Shown: positions 11,997-23,439 of the stretch, piece by piece
Layout of the letters: each line of letters opens with the position of its first letter
How positions within the stretch are numbered: position 1 is the stretch's first letter
Assembly (NCBI GenBank): GCA_023231475.1
Contig: JALJEE010001187.1
Span: 1 to 49,246 of the forward strand
From: Seison nebaliae
Lineage: Eukaryota
DNA length: 49,246 bases
Direction: 5' to 3'
The notes under the pieces: model-generated
Told to the model about the DNA's origin: nothing
Database searches by the model: none
The model's input: only the letters and a program-made list of their open reading frames with translations
Program-made: the position numbers and the translations under genes

Positions 11997-12971
11997 CTAA
12001 AGCGCCACTCTATTCCAAACCAATTGCCAATAATAATCATTCGGTTTGGTACGATTAAATTGCATTAATTCATTGCAAGTCTTTTCGAAAGCGTGTTTCG
12101 ATTGATTCAAATGAAGTATAAGAGAAGAACATTCCAATGCGATAGGAAGAATACGATTCCAAATTAAATTTGAATCTTCTCTGCTCAGATTGAATGGTGC
12201 TAACGAATAAGATGTTTCCGACCCAACATTCGAATAAACGACATATTGACACGCTGATAGGTGGAGATATAATGACATAATACTCGTTGCCGTTTTATTT
12301 TTAAAGAGCGTAGAATTTATCGTTTTTCTTATTACTGCAAATAATATAACGATTGTCGATGGACTGTTTAAGGGTAAAGTGTACATGTCATATCCCAAAT
12401 ATGCGTCACAACGTGTAAGCCAAAGTATAACTAGTTTATAAATTCTTTTGAAACTGATTTTTTCATTTTTCATCTTCTTCCACTCGGCCAAAGTGGCAGG
12501 AAGTTTTTTTTCATCTGTAATCGTTGATGAAATTTTACTTTCATATTCCTCCTCAATATAACTAGCCAATGCATGTAATAAAATTGTTTTTGATGGCAAT
12601 TGAAATTCTTTTCTTAATTTCTCTCCAAAAATCGCGCTTAAATTCAATTCATTATAATAATCGCGCCTTGTTGTAATAGTCGGTGATGCTGGTAAAATAG
12701 GACATATTAGACGGATTAAATTGCGCTGGTAAATTAGAGAATTCATCGGCGATACAAAATAATGTTCATATGACAGTGGCGATGGAGTTACCATACCCGG
12801 AGATTCAGAAAGTCTGTCCACTCGTTCTTTGCAATGAAAGAAACGTGCTGGCTTCAATCTCAGAGGTTCGACAGGTTCAAATGTATTGAAATCGTACAAA
12901 CTTAACGTTCTTTTTTTGTTTCCATTCGTCTTAGCAGAATTCTTCTCTAATTCATCTAAAACATAATTCAT
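11997..12971 (-). CDS. Divergent CDK5 activator (p35/CDK5R1 family) paralogue; 5' end uncertain
   Basis: Shares IVILFAVIRKTI, VGSETSYSLAPF and WNRILPIALECSS..HLNQS..AFEKTCNEL with the adjacent p35-like gene; first in-frame ATG at 12971. Confidence 0.8.
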   Translation of the reverse strand: MNYVLDELEKNSAKTNGNKKRTLSLYDFNTFEPVEPLRLKPARFFHCKERVDRLSESPGMVTPSPLSYEHYFVSPMNSLIYQRNLIRLICPILPASPTITTRRDYYNELNLSAIFGEKLRKEFQLPSKTILLHALASYIEEEYESKISSTITDEKKLPATLAEWKKMKNEKISFKRIYKLVILWLTRCDAYLGYDMYTLPLNSPSTIVILFAVIRKTINSTLFKNKTATSIMSLYLHLSACQYVVYSNVGSETSYSLAPFNLSREDSNLIWNRILPIALECSSLILHLNQSKHAFEKTCNELMQFNRTKPNDYYWQLVWNRVAL

Positions 12972-13670
12972 AACTATTTCTTTCAAATAATGTTCTTCCT
13001 TGATATTTTTCTTCTACTGGTAGAATTGTGTTATTTGCCCAAACAAATTTTCCCAATCCCACCAAATAATCGGTCCAATTGCTTCTATTATTCGAAAATG
13101 AAAACTTTTATGAAATTTACTTATATTGTTTCTTGAAATTTTTTTGCGAAAAAATGCGTTTTTTACAGCTTTGATAATTAAAATACGTTGCATAATTAAC
13201 AGTTCAAACAAGAAAACTTGGTAAATTTTTTACAGAGAAAAATTTTAAATAAATAATCTAATTTCATTCCTTAATCGCTTGCATGATTACTAATAATCTT
13301 ATGGTCACTTTTATTGTATCTCTAAAAAATTTATAACATATTTTTTCAACAAATTTATAGGTACTTTTTCAATTTACAAATGAATGAATATAATCTAAAT
13401 ATATTTGGAGAACTTATAGAGGAATAGAAAAAATTTTATATTTCTGAAACCTTTCTGACCAATTTATAATATGTTAAAAGAAAATTCGTAGATTTTTTCA
13501 CAATTAAATTTCGTTCCACTAACTAAATTTCATTTTTTATCATTCATGAGAATGAAAAATTAAATTAATACATGGAAACTTCTCTAATGTATTCGTATTT
13601 GAATTAATTATTATTATTCCAAGGAAAGAAAAAAAATACCAATTTGAGTAAATTAAAATATATTTTTTAA

Positions 13671-13853
13671 CCCTTTCCGGACTAAGAATGTTCTCTAACA
13701 CAATAATCTTACCTTATCTGAATAAAGATTCGATAAAATTTACGGATTTTCTAGTATTCATTGGTCTACTTAAATTCGTCATTTTGTGATTTACAGAACT
13801 TTGTTAATTAATCATAGTTTTAAATATATGTATTATTTGTTTTTAGTGGAGGG
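13671..13853. mobile_element. Possible piggyBac-like MITE relic (183 bp)
   Basis: TTAA|CCCT...AGGG|TTAA termini; degenerate inverted ends CCCTTTCCGGACTAAG vs CCCTCCACTAAA. Confidence 0.35.
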
Positions 13854-14048
13854 TTAATTTAGAAACTTTAGATTTTCATAAATTTATTAAAAGAATGGGA
13901 AGAAAATAATATATAAAATATAATAGAATTGGTGTGTATCTGCGGTTAGATGAATGTGTTACACATATGTTGGGGGGAAGTAAAAAATGGAGGAGAAAGT
14001 AAAGTAAATGAAATGAAATGTTTGGTCGTCGATCATTCCCAAACTAAT

Positions 14049-17000
14049 TTAATCACCGAATGATCTGAGTTCGTTACAAGTTTTTTGGAAAGCTGTTTCC
14101 GATTGATGCAAATGAAGTTGAATCGAAGAAGAATCGAGCGCGATCTGTAAAATTCGATTCCATGTTATGTTGCGATCCTCCTGTGGTAGACAAAAGGGTC
14201 GTAAAGGATATGAAATTTCCGCTCCAACATAACTAAATGTGATGTAGAGACATGCCAATATGTATGCTTTCAATGAGAGAATTGATTTGGCCGTTGTATT
14301 GTCCAATATCATGGAATCGATCGTTTTCCGAATAACCGCAAATAGAATGACAATATTTGATGCAACACTAAAAAAAGGAACATCTTGCCATCCTTGTTGC
14401 AATAATCGTTTATCAGCAGTGATGATCCAATTGAGTAATTTATCATAAATTCCACGATTATCAGATGACTGGAATGATTTCTTCAAATTCTTCAGGTCAG
14501 TTGACTTGGATGGAAATTCAAAATTACTGATATCGAACGATGCATATTTCTTACCACATTGTTTCTGCATATACTGACCTAAACATCGCAACAAGTGCGC
14601 AGACGAAGGCAAACGGAAATTCTTCTCAATTGTCTCTCGTTTCGAAATGTTAGATGAGAAATTAGTTGTACATGAATCCTTCTGCGACGAATAGGGCGAT
14701 GACGTCGAAGATGAGACAGATGATGCTGATACTGGTGATGATGACGATGATGATGACGACGAATTACAAGAGACTGAATACGATGAGAAAGAGGAAGTTA
14801 TCGAAGAGATTTGTCGATGACTGGACGGTAATTGAAGTGATTCAGTCATCATTTCATTCGAAAGGCAATTGGTATTCCCATGATTCGCTAATTGTTGTTC
14901 GTACGTCTCTTTCCGCGCATTTATTCCGTTGACGCCGAAAATGTAACTGTGATGTTTTATCATTGGCACATTGGAAGATGAGGAGGAGGAAGACATATCA
15001 ATTCTATCAGTCACTTCACAACCATCATTCTCCTGTTTCTCATTCTCATTCGTTCCGATACATTTCAATGAAAATAATTGACGGCGATTCTCCAAATATT
15101 TCGAGGAGCAATTGGTCATTCGATTATATTCCTTAAATTTATTATCTGTATTCTTCTTCTTTCTTATTCCGATTTTGGCAGCAGTCGTTGCTAACGTCGT
15201 CGTCGTATTGACGGGAAGAGTAGTCGTTGAACTAGTGGAAGACTTGAAAAGATTTTTCAATTTTCTACTCGATGCTAAAGGAATATTTCCTTCATTTCTC
15301 GAGTTACTCCTCACATCATTTGTTGTTGTTCGATTCTGACTTTTGGAGAAACGAAATCGTCTCATCTTTTCCGAAGATTTCTCTAAGTCACGATATTTTC
15401 GCTGAAATTTCTTCACACTAAAAGTCATTCCATTCTTTAATAGACATGTCGTCGATTTATTACGATGAGATCGAAGCAATTGTAGCAATGTGGGCAATTG
15501 TCGAAGATTGGACGATTCGAAATTCGTCATTTTATTCTTCTTATTTTTCGTCGGATTTTTTAAATTATTATTTCTCAAATTCTCCTTGTTATTCTGATCA
15601 TTTACCACACCACCACCACCAACACCATTATCTGATTTATATAAATCAGAAAAGATGATAGTATTCCGATATCGATTTGTCTGATTTAAATCTTTTAGAT
15701 CACTAATATAATTGTTACTGGAAATTTTCGTTTTACGATTGTTATATAAATTCCTTTCCGAATTTCTTCCACTCACTTCTATCTCCTCGATGTTGGGAGG
15801 AGGTGGTCGTGTCGGTAACTTCATCGGATTAGCCACAGTGAAAACAGGTCGCGACGATGTCGTCAATATCGATCGACATGTTGTCGTTGTCGTCACTGTT
15901 CGGGTGACAGCCATTATGATTGGAGTAGATGTAGCTAATATAACTGTTGTTGTTGTTGGAATCATATCCGATAATTGGATATCAGTCGATGGTCGTTGGA
16001 AGATTTGAGATTTAGCCATATGGATTGGTTCGTGTGGGAGGATTTTCTCCGTATTATGAGTTGATGTTGTCGTTATAGATGGTGTTATTGGAATAGTTGC
16101 ATGAGAACGACGTGCTAATGATTGCAAATTGAAACGATGAAGTTTCTTAAAACTCGTCGTCATTCGAGACATGAGCGGACGTATATGACGTGTGGCTAAT
16201 GTACCATTCTCAATCATAGATACGGTATGAATATGATTCGAACCGAGAATGTTGTTATCGAATGGGATATCGTTGGAAATGTTCATCGGTTTCTCTACAA
16301 TCTGATTTTGTACAATGAGTGGTTTCTGTGAAATTTTCATCGATTTCGACATATTTCTTCGATTGGAATTAGTTTTCGTCAAACAATTGTGCGATAACTT
16401 CTCGAACGAAATCGAATTCTTCTCTCCTCCACAATTCATGATTTGAGACGTGGTACAATTGTTAATGGGTCGCTCTAACGTGATGTCGAATTCGGAAGAA
16501 TGAGTGACTAACGGCGGTAATCGAAGTTTTGGTAATTTCATTTTATTACGGTCGGTATCTCGTGGAAGTTTGCCTGTTTCACTATATAACAAATTAGTTC
16601 GATAGGTCATCTTCTTGGGCGATTTGGCAGTGTCACTGGGACCTTGTGTATTATGAGACATGAAAGTAGACGAGGAATCCGTCAACTTTTTATTTCTTTT
16701 ACCCAATTCCTGTTGGGAGAGATGAACGTAATCAGTGAGGTTGGTGGATTGTGGGAAAACGGGAATATAATGAGAATTGGCTTTCTTATTCAAATATTTG
16801 GAGAGTAGAGTGGACGACTCTTTCTCCCGTTTCAATCGATCCAATGTCTCATCTCCCACATACTTGTTGATGAGTTGTGTTGCTTTCGATTCCAAATTGA
16901 TGACATCATTGAATTGATTAATATAATCATAATTGTTCCGATCGTGGAAATGATGGAGATTGGAAAAGTTTTGATTTATGATTTGATTATCTTCTGTCGA

Positions 17001-17601
17001 TTGTTGATGATAGAGTGAATGTCTGGATTGTCGTCGAAGTAGTTGATGATTATGAAACTGGTGATCATTCGTGTTAAGTTGAACATTCAGATGATGTAGC
17101 AAGCTCCTGCGACTACCATTAGCACTATTATTCTGATGGATAATGCTATTGGAACTAGTCTTGCTATTCTGTCGACTCTTCTTATTCGATTTCTGCTTAT
17201 TAGTTTTCGTCTTCGAATAATGATTGTTATCACTGCTATTACTAGTCGTGATGACATGCGTCGGTGTGAATTTCTTTCTTTGCTGTTTATTATTCTTGTT
17301 CGCACAATTATTATAATGCCGATTTAGATGATGATTTCCAAATTTTTCTTCTGGCTCCAATTCCCCTCCTCCTTCTTGCGTTTCCTCTTCCTGTTCCTCT
17401 AGCTCTCGTTGATGATAAGTGTAATTATTAAAAATTCTATTCTTTTTGATATTTCCATATCCTTCTAGACAATATTGATTATAATTGTAACAACTATTAG
17501 GATTGCTGGTCTTGCTGTTGTTGTTGGTGTTGTCGGTAAAACTATTTTCATTTTTAATGTTATTATTTTCTCGATAATGTTGATGGTTATAACTAATGTT
17601 C

Positions 17602-17632
<31 letters not shown>

Positions 17633-17813
17633 TATTATTATTATTGTTGCTAATCGTGCAATGCTGCTGTTGGGAACGATGATGATGATGTTGCTGATGA
17701 TGATTATGATTATGATGATGATGATGATTATGATGATGTTGCTGATGTTTGTATAGCGATGTAGATGACGACGTTGTTCTCTTCTCGTTACTTTCAAGAA
17801 TGAGAAGCGACAT
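14049..17813 (-). CDS. CDK5R1: CDK5 activator (p35/p39 family), 1,254 aa, with ~1,060-aa low-complexity N-terminal extension
   Basis: C-terminal domain has the p25 motifs LLRCLG, DKRLLQQGWQD, LACLYITFSYVGAEISYPLRPF and WNR; N-terminus has poly-H/N/Q/S/T tracts. Confidence 0.9.
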
Positions 17814-18825
17814 ATCCTACAGCGGCGTTAAATTTCCCAAGAAATTATTCGATTGTTATCCGCTTAATTATTTGCACATATAAATATTGCATAATGCGCC
17901 ACAATTGACAAATATGAGAAAATGGATGACGAAATAATTGTAACAACAGAATTCAATACTGCTATTCATCCAAACGGAATAATTTGCTTTTTCTTTCCCT
18001 TCTGTTACTTCGTCATATAACACAATGCAAGAATCGTACGATTATGAACTGAACGGGAACATTCTCTCAACAAATTCCTTATTATTTCTCGTCTTGTTGA
18101 TATTGATGTTGGTGCTCCTATTCTGATTAATGAATATAATATGTCTTTACATTCATTTACTCTTCTTCATCTTCTCCGTCCTCTACTTAATTCATCAATA
18201 AACGAAATTATTCATGCTTTTCTTTCTATGCTCTTCTTTTTCTTTTTCTATTGTAACAAAATTCTCATCGGAAATTCATTTTATTTCTTTTTCATACAAC
18301 TTCCCTTCATTGGCAGTGCGACATCGCCATCCCCATCATTGTCGTAATGAATATGTATTCATCATCAATGCAGCACAATCTAGTGAGCCAGCTATCTGTC
18401 TCCTCTATGTCTCTATGCATCAATCCGGCTCAATGTTTCCTCGCTCGTCTAATTCACTATTCTCTCTTCGTCCAAAAAAAAGATGCATTCATCCACAATC
18501 TCTACTTCTGTTGTTCTTCATCAAGTTCCAGTTTAATCGATATATCCTCCAATTCCAAACAAAACTAACGAGTTGCGCTAAATCGAGTTTAATGAAAGAT
18601 TATCAAATAGTCCGTTTCGCTTCTATTATCTCCTTCGTTTTTTCTTCCTTTCCGCATCACCATCAATTTCTATCCGCTTCTTCCTCACAGATTCTTTCTT
18701 ATTCGTCTCTTCTCTCACCAATTCCACTTTTCATCTGATAATAAACGACAGAAAATTTTTATTTATTAGTCACTAATCGTGCGTCTGTCCCGCTAAAAAA
18801 AGAATATGATCACCACACGCACAAG

Positions 18826-18895
18826 CACACACACAAACACACAAACACACACACACACACACACACAAACACACGTACACAGTCGTGCACACACA
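18826..18895. repeat. Imperfect (CA)n microsatellite
   Basis: Directly visible. Confidence 0.9.
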
Positions 18896-20694
18896 ACTCA
18901 TAATCCATCGAACTGACTGAACTTAAAGCGAGAAATTGGAATCTCGTCCATTAGTAATCTCTGTTCATCATCTGCCCGCATCTACCCTGCACACACATCA
19001 GGAGGGGGAGATGGCGATAATACATTTATTGATTTTCCAAATCATCCGACATCTAACAGCACGCAGTTAATAATCGACTAATACAATATTACTGTTCTAA
19101 CTGAATTATCGATTAAAATTTCATGCATCCAATTTTAACAAAATATTTATTATTCCTCCCATCCCAAATTCATTCTCACAACTTGTCAGTCCCGTATATT
19201 TTATCACTTCCTTCCTTAAGTACTACTGGGAGTGCTCGTTCTTTCTATCATTCATCCCCATTCATATCAACTCGAATTTAGCGAGAGGAAGCAACCTGAT
19301 AAGAAGCAGATTACAATAAATAAATAAAACTCTCTAAAGGAAAAGATTCTAGAGGCGCACTACGTTCAATTACCACTTCAAATTAGTGGAATTGTCGTAT
19401 GCGTGAGACGAATTTATTCGCCTTCGATTGATCACATGCACAATTACGATTTCCCTTCTCTCTCTCTCTATTTTTTTTTCCATCGTTAATTTCAAGCAAT
19501 TCTGATAATAATACAACATCTATAGAACAATATATATATCATCCGAGAGAAAAAAAACGAAAAGGAGAGAAGATGCATGTTTTCGCCATTCAACTCACAC
19601 GGGACTTCCATCCACTTGAATTAATAAACTTAATGACAATGACATCGATATAATAATATGACTCTCCTTCTGTCTTCTCCATCTCATCATTCCTCATTCT
19701 CTAAATTAGATAATTAATAGACTATTAATTATTATCCTCATCCTATATTATTAATAATAATAGTTTATTAAAGAAATCAGTGAAATCCTCGAAAAATGTT
19801 ATAGTTTCCGCCATTCGTTTTTTCGTGACAAACTAATTAATTTTATGAAAGGAAAAATATAGATTCCTTCTTATCTCCATTCAATTTATAATTAAAACTT
19901 TCATTTTTCCTAATTATTCTCATATATTATTTAGAATAATATGACGGTATTTAACCTTATCGAGTTTTTCCCACATATTATATTTAAATCTTAAAATTTT
20001 ATGAGTAGGACAATTTTTATAATTTATAAAATAATCCGAAGAGGATATTCTATAATTCTCAATATCTTCTCCAATCTATTTTCATGGTAATTGAATGAAG
20101 AATAGTGACAATTTAATTATTCCAATTATGTTTTTATCAAATAATAGAATTGGGGAAATATGTCCATTCCAATTCCCAAAGAAATTCAAAATATGTTGAC
20201 TGTTGAAAATGAAATAAATTAGGAACGGGGTTCAAGATGAAACTGAAGAAATTACCAAAAGAAAAAAAATAAAGAAAAAAATAAAGAAAAAAAAATATTG
20301 ATTAGATTTGATGTTTTAGTGATTAGATGATGTTCTTTTGATATGAGTCCAATGAACCATTATTCATGATACATGATTTGATTCCGTTAAAAAAAAATTA
20401 ATTGAATTTTCGATAAACCAAAAATCTTTTTAATTTATTTTTATTTCTTTTTTTTTTACATCTATTAAACTGAAAATTCATTTCATTAATACTGCCATTA
20501 ATGTGAGGGGGACGACGACAATGACGATAAGAACTGAATGGTAAACTGAGAATGCCAAATTAAAAATGGTTGAACTGATTTTAGGACAAACATTGAACTG
20601 AAAAAGTATTAATTATTTGTTGAATCATTTTTAAAGTGAATTTTCTCTCTCTCACCTTCTTCTTCTTTTCCTTCTCATCACACGGCACTCTCAT

Positions 20695-23030
20695 TTATTG
20701 ATTGACGAAAATTGGTGCGTCAAAAAAAGAATCTTCCGTTACCGAATATGGATAGTTGGTAAAAGGAGGATTGCTATTACATAACCATTCATCATTCAAG
20801 AGGGAATTACGAGACAAAGATGGGAATAAGAGATTTGAATTGTCATAATTCTCCTCGTTTTTTTCAGCATCGTCATTGGTAAAAGTGACATCGAATAAAT
20901 CGTTCGTATATTGTTCCGATATGAAATCATTAGAAGTATGATCAATGTCGTTGGTTGAGAAAAAATCATTTTTCGACATATTCTTTAAAGATCCAATTGA
21001 TGAAAATAGAGAGAGATGTGATGATGTTTGTTGAGGAAAGAGAGAAGAAGAATCGTTTATTGCACCGTCAAATTGGCATGGAGAGACGCTGAACTGACCA
21101 AGTTGTCGATCGAATGGATTTTCTTCTTCTGTAATTCCGTCTTCTCTTCCGAACATGTTGTTGTCTTCATCTTGGTTAGACGAAAGGATTTCAGGGAAAT
21201 TGTCGAATTCGCCATTGGTGGTGGGGATGGAGATAGAAGTATTGGATTTCCAGGAGAACGGCCCATCAAATTCAGATCTGGAATCGATTCCATTTCGAAT
21301 ACTTCCTTCGGTGGCAGAGTTCTCATCTTCTCCGAAATGTCCCAAAGAGATTCGACGAGATTTGGAAGAACTCGATTTTCTAAGTTTGGATCGTCGCTGG
21401 CTTTTGAAGTTATATCCTGATCCAGTAGTTGAATTTGTCGGAGTAATGGCAATTCCTCCATGTTCAATTGTCGGCTCAATAATCGTTGTCTCTGACTGTT
21501 GTTCCATTGATACATTCGTCTTAGCATTCTGATTACCATTCGTTTTATTGGTTGAAATCGTTTTGATTCTATTTCGTATTGTTTTCGATTGCGGCGTATT
21601 GACAGAATTGACCGTCTTGATGATCTCCTTATGTTGGGAGAAGAGGTCGGATTTTGACCACGAGAAATTTGACTGATTAACGCTGGAATTGTCGAGCAAA
21701 CTGACAAGATCTCTCGCTCCCTCTCGTAACTGGACCGGTTCGGATAGAATTGCGCCAGACGTGGTGGTAAGCGACGATTTGCCATTCGGCGACGTTTGAT
21801 ATTGTTTCCGTCGGAATTGGGTGAGAGATTGAATGTTCTTGTCCATAATTTCCTCATTTTTTCGGGTAAGTGTGGCATTAGAGATTTGCCGCGGCTGAAT
21901 AATTGGAAATTTGGTTTGAATAATGGGAGGATGTCGAGATTCGTGTCGACCGATGGATTGTTTTCCGATGGTTTTTTTTGATTTATTTCCGTCGGGCTTT
22001 CGGAACGTTCCACATTTGTTTGTTTGGTTGTCCGTGTTCGTTGTCTTTGCGGACGTGGAGGACGTTCGTCTCGTCTCCGATAAATAGTCAGAGCCAATCT
22101 CCGAATTTGTGAAAGTAAGTTTTGTTCCTTTTCGTCGAATGGGAGGTGGATATCGATATTGAAACGAAGAATCGCTTGAAGGCACTGAAGAATTAGTGAG
22201 AATAGAACATGTCTCGTACTCTGGAATGACATTGACACGTTTCGCGGTTCCCTCAACTCGGGTGGAACGAGTTGATTTAGAACCTGTTGCAATTGATGTT
22301 CCTTCTGCAGAGGAAGCGACACAGCAGGTCGTTGGGTCATCGATTGCAAAGACGATTCGGTACTGCCATTCCGTAAACCAGTCAATTCTTTTCTCAATTC
22401 CTTATTCTCCAATTCCAATGATGTCAACGTTTCTCGATAATGAAAATTCTCCGTTTCTAATTTATTAACTTGTGAATGAAGATAAATTATTTCCGTTTCC
22501 ATTGTATCCATTTTCGCTTTTTTACGATCACGAGCTGATTGAGCTGCAATTCGATTCTTCATTTTTCGTCTCATCATCTTCTCTTCATCTGTCAATTTAT
22601 CCAATTTGAGTCGTTTACGTGGCGGTGCTGGCACTTGTGCCCAATCTTCTCCATGTCGATTAATGTTTCCATACATAGATTGTAATCCACTTGTCAATGA
22701 CGACGTTTTCAACATTGTTTGATATCGATTCTCATTATTAACCGAACTTCCTGAACTTCCATGATGGTAAGGTATTGATGATATTATCGTATTCTCATCC
22801 GTTTCAATTCGATGAGGAGATGTAGGAGTGGAAACGGACGATAAACCAGAATCACTCGAATGACATCCTCCATTCCTCATCAATGATAACATATCTTTTT
22901 TCATCAATCTCTGATTCATCGTACTCTTTCCCGTATTCACCGTCAATGGTGATGTTGTCATATTGGACTCTTTCCGTCCTCCATCCTCGTTCTGCACTGC
23001 AACAAAAATTAAATCGCTCGAACTTTCCAT
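20695..23030 (-). CDS. XBP1: XBP1 spliced form (XBP1s), join(23030..22325, 22307..20695), 772 aa
   Basis: bZIP RKRLKLDKLTDEEKMMRRKMKNRIAAQSARDRKKAKM. Removing the 17-nt IRE1 intron gives RPA/EGTSIATG...NSSVPSSDSSFQY with no stop, joining the 496-aa ORF. The acidic tail contains NLLFPSL, resembling the ELFPQL motif of vertebrate XBP1s. Confidence 0.93.
21057..23030 (-). CDS. XBP1: XBP1 unspliced form (XBP1u), 657 aa
   Basis: Continuous ORF through the intron; hydrophobic HR2-like segment HVLFSLILQCLQAILRF after the splice site. Confidence 0.85.
   Translation of the reverse strand: MESSSDLIFVAVQNEDGGRKESNMTTSPLTVNTGKSTMNQRLMKKDMLSLMRNGGCHSSDSGLSSVSTPTSPHRIETDENTIISSIPYHHGSSGSSVNNENRYQTMLKTSSLTSGLQSMYGNINRHGEDWAQVPAPPRKRLKLDKLTDEEKMMRRKMKNRIAAQSARDRKKAKMDTMETEIIYLHSQVNKLETENFHYRETLTSLELENKELRKELTGLRNGSTESSLQSMTQRPAVSLPLQKEHQLQQVLNQLVPPELREPRNVSMSFQSTRHVLFSLILQCLQAILRFNIDIHLPFDEKEQNLLSQIRRLALTIYRRRDERPPRPQRQRTRTTKQTNVERSESPTEINQKKPSENNPSVDTNLDILPLFKPNFQLFSRGKSLMPHLPEKMRKLWTRTFNLSPNSDGNNIKRRRMANRRLPPRLAQFYPNRSSYEREREILSVCSTIPALISQISRGQNPTSSPNIRRSSRRSILSIRRNRKQYEIESKRFQPIKRMVIRMLRRMYQWNNSQRQRLLSRQLNMEELPLLRQIQLLDQDITSKASDDPNLENRVLPNLVESLWDISEKMRTLPPKEVFEMESIPDLNLMGRSPGNPILLSPSPPPMANSTISLKSFRLTKMKTTTCSEEKTELQKKKIHSIDNLVSSASLHANLTVQ
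22287..22349 (-). other. IRE1 bifurcated stem-loop with 17-nt unconventional intron (22308-22324)
   Basis: Minus strand: CGAC[CTG^CTGT]GTCG, then C, then TTCCT[CTG^CAGA]AGGAA. Both 7-nt loops fit CNG/CNGN. Closing stem TTGCAATCGATG/CATCAATTGCAA has 11 of 12 pairs. Confidence 0.93.
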
Positions 23031-23175
23031 TAACGTTTTTTCAACTGACAATTGTTTAAAATTTTTCGAATATTTTTAAAATGAAATTTCCTTTTAATCT
23101 CTTACTCCCTTTTCAATTCTTATAAAGATATCTTCTCCAATGTACTATAACATCTATCGACTAGTTGGAAATGGT

Positions 23176-23212
23176 ACACGTCATTCTCCTTCCGTCACCA
23201 AAACACACGTCA
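23176..23212 (-). promoter_or_regulatory. Two UPRE/CRE-like TGACGTGT sites upstream of XBP1
   Basis: ACACGTCA at 23176-23183 and 23205-23212, ~150-180 bp upstream of the ATG. Confidence 0.6.
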
Positions 23213-23439
23213 ATATATCGTAATGTTCACTTTGATGTAACATGGATGGAAGATTGCGTAGATACCATTCTTCCTTCATATTTTCCAATTAATTTACCGA
23301 AATTTCTTTTTCAAATTTTTAGTTTATAAATAAATTTAACTTAAAATTTATAAATCATTCATATAAACTTCTACACAATAAATTATCATGTACACTATAT
23401 AAGTTTATTTTACGTTTTATTTTTTCTTTAAACATTTTC

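Noticed and set aside
17087..17797. Ile/Met-rich hydrophobic ORFs
   Set aside because: Alternative-frame and antisense readings of the AAT/CAT triplet tracts in the p35-like gene
18141..18738. Plus-strand 174-aa and overlapping ORFs
   Set aside because: Low-complexity Phe/Ser/Leu composition and no recognisable domain; likely antisense to the p35 5' region
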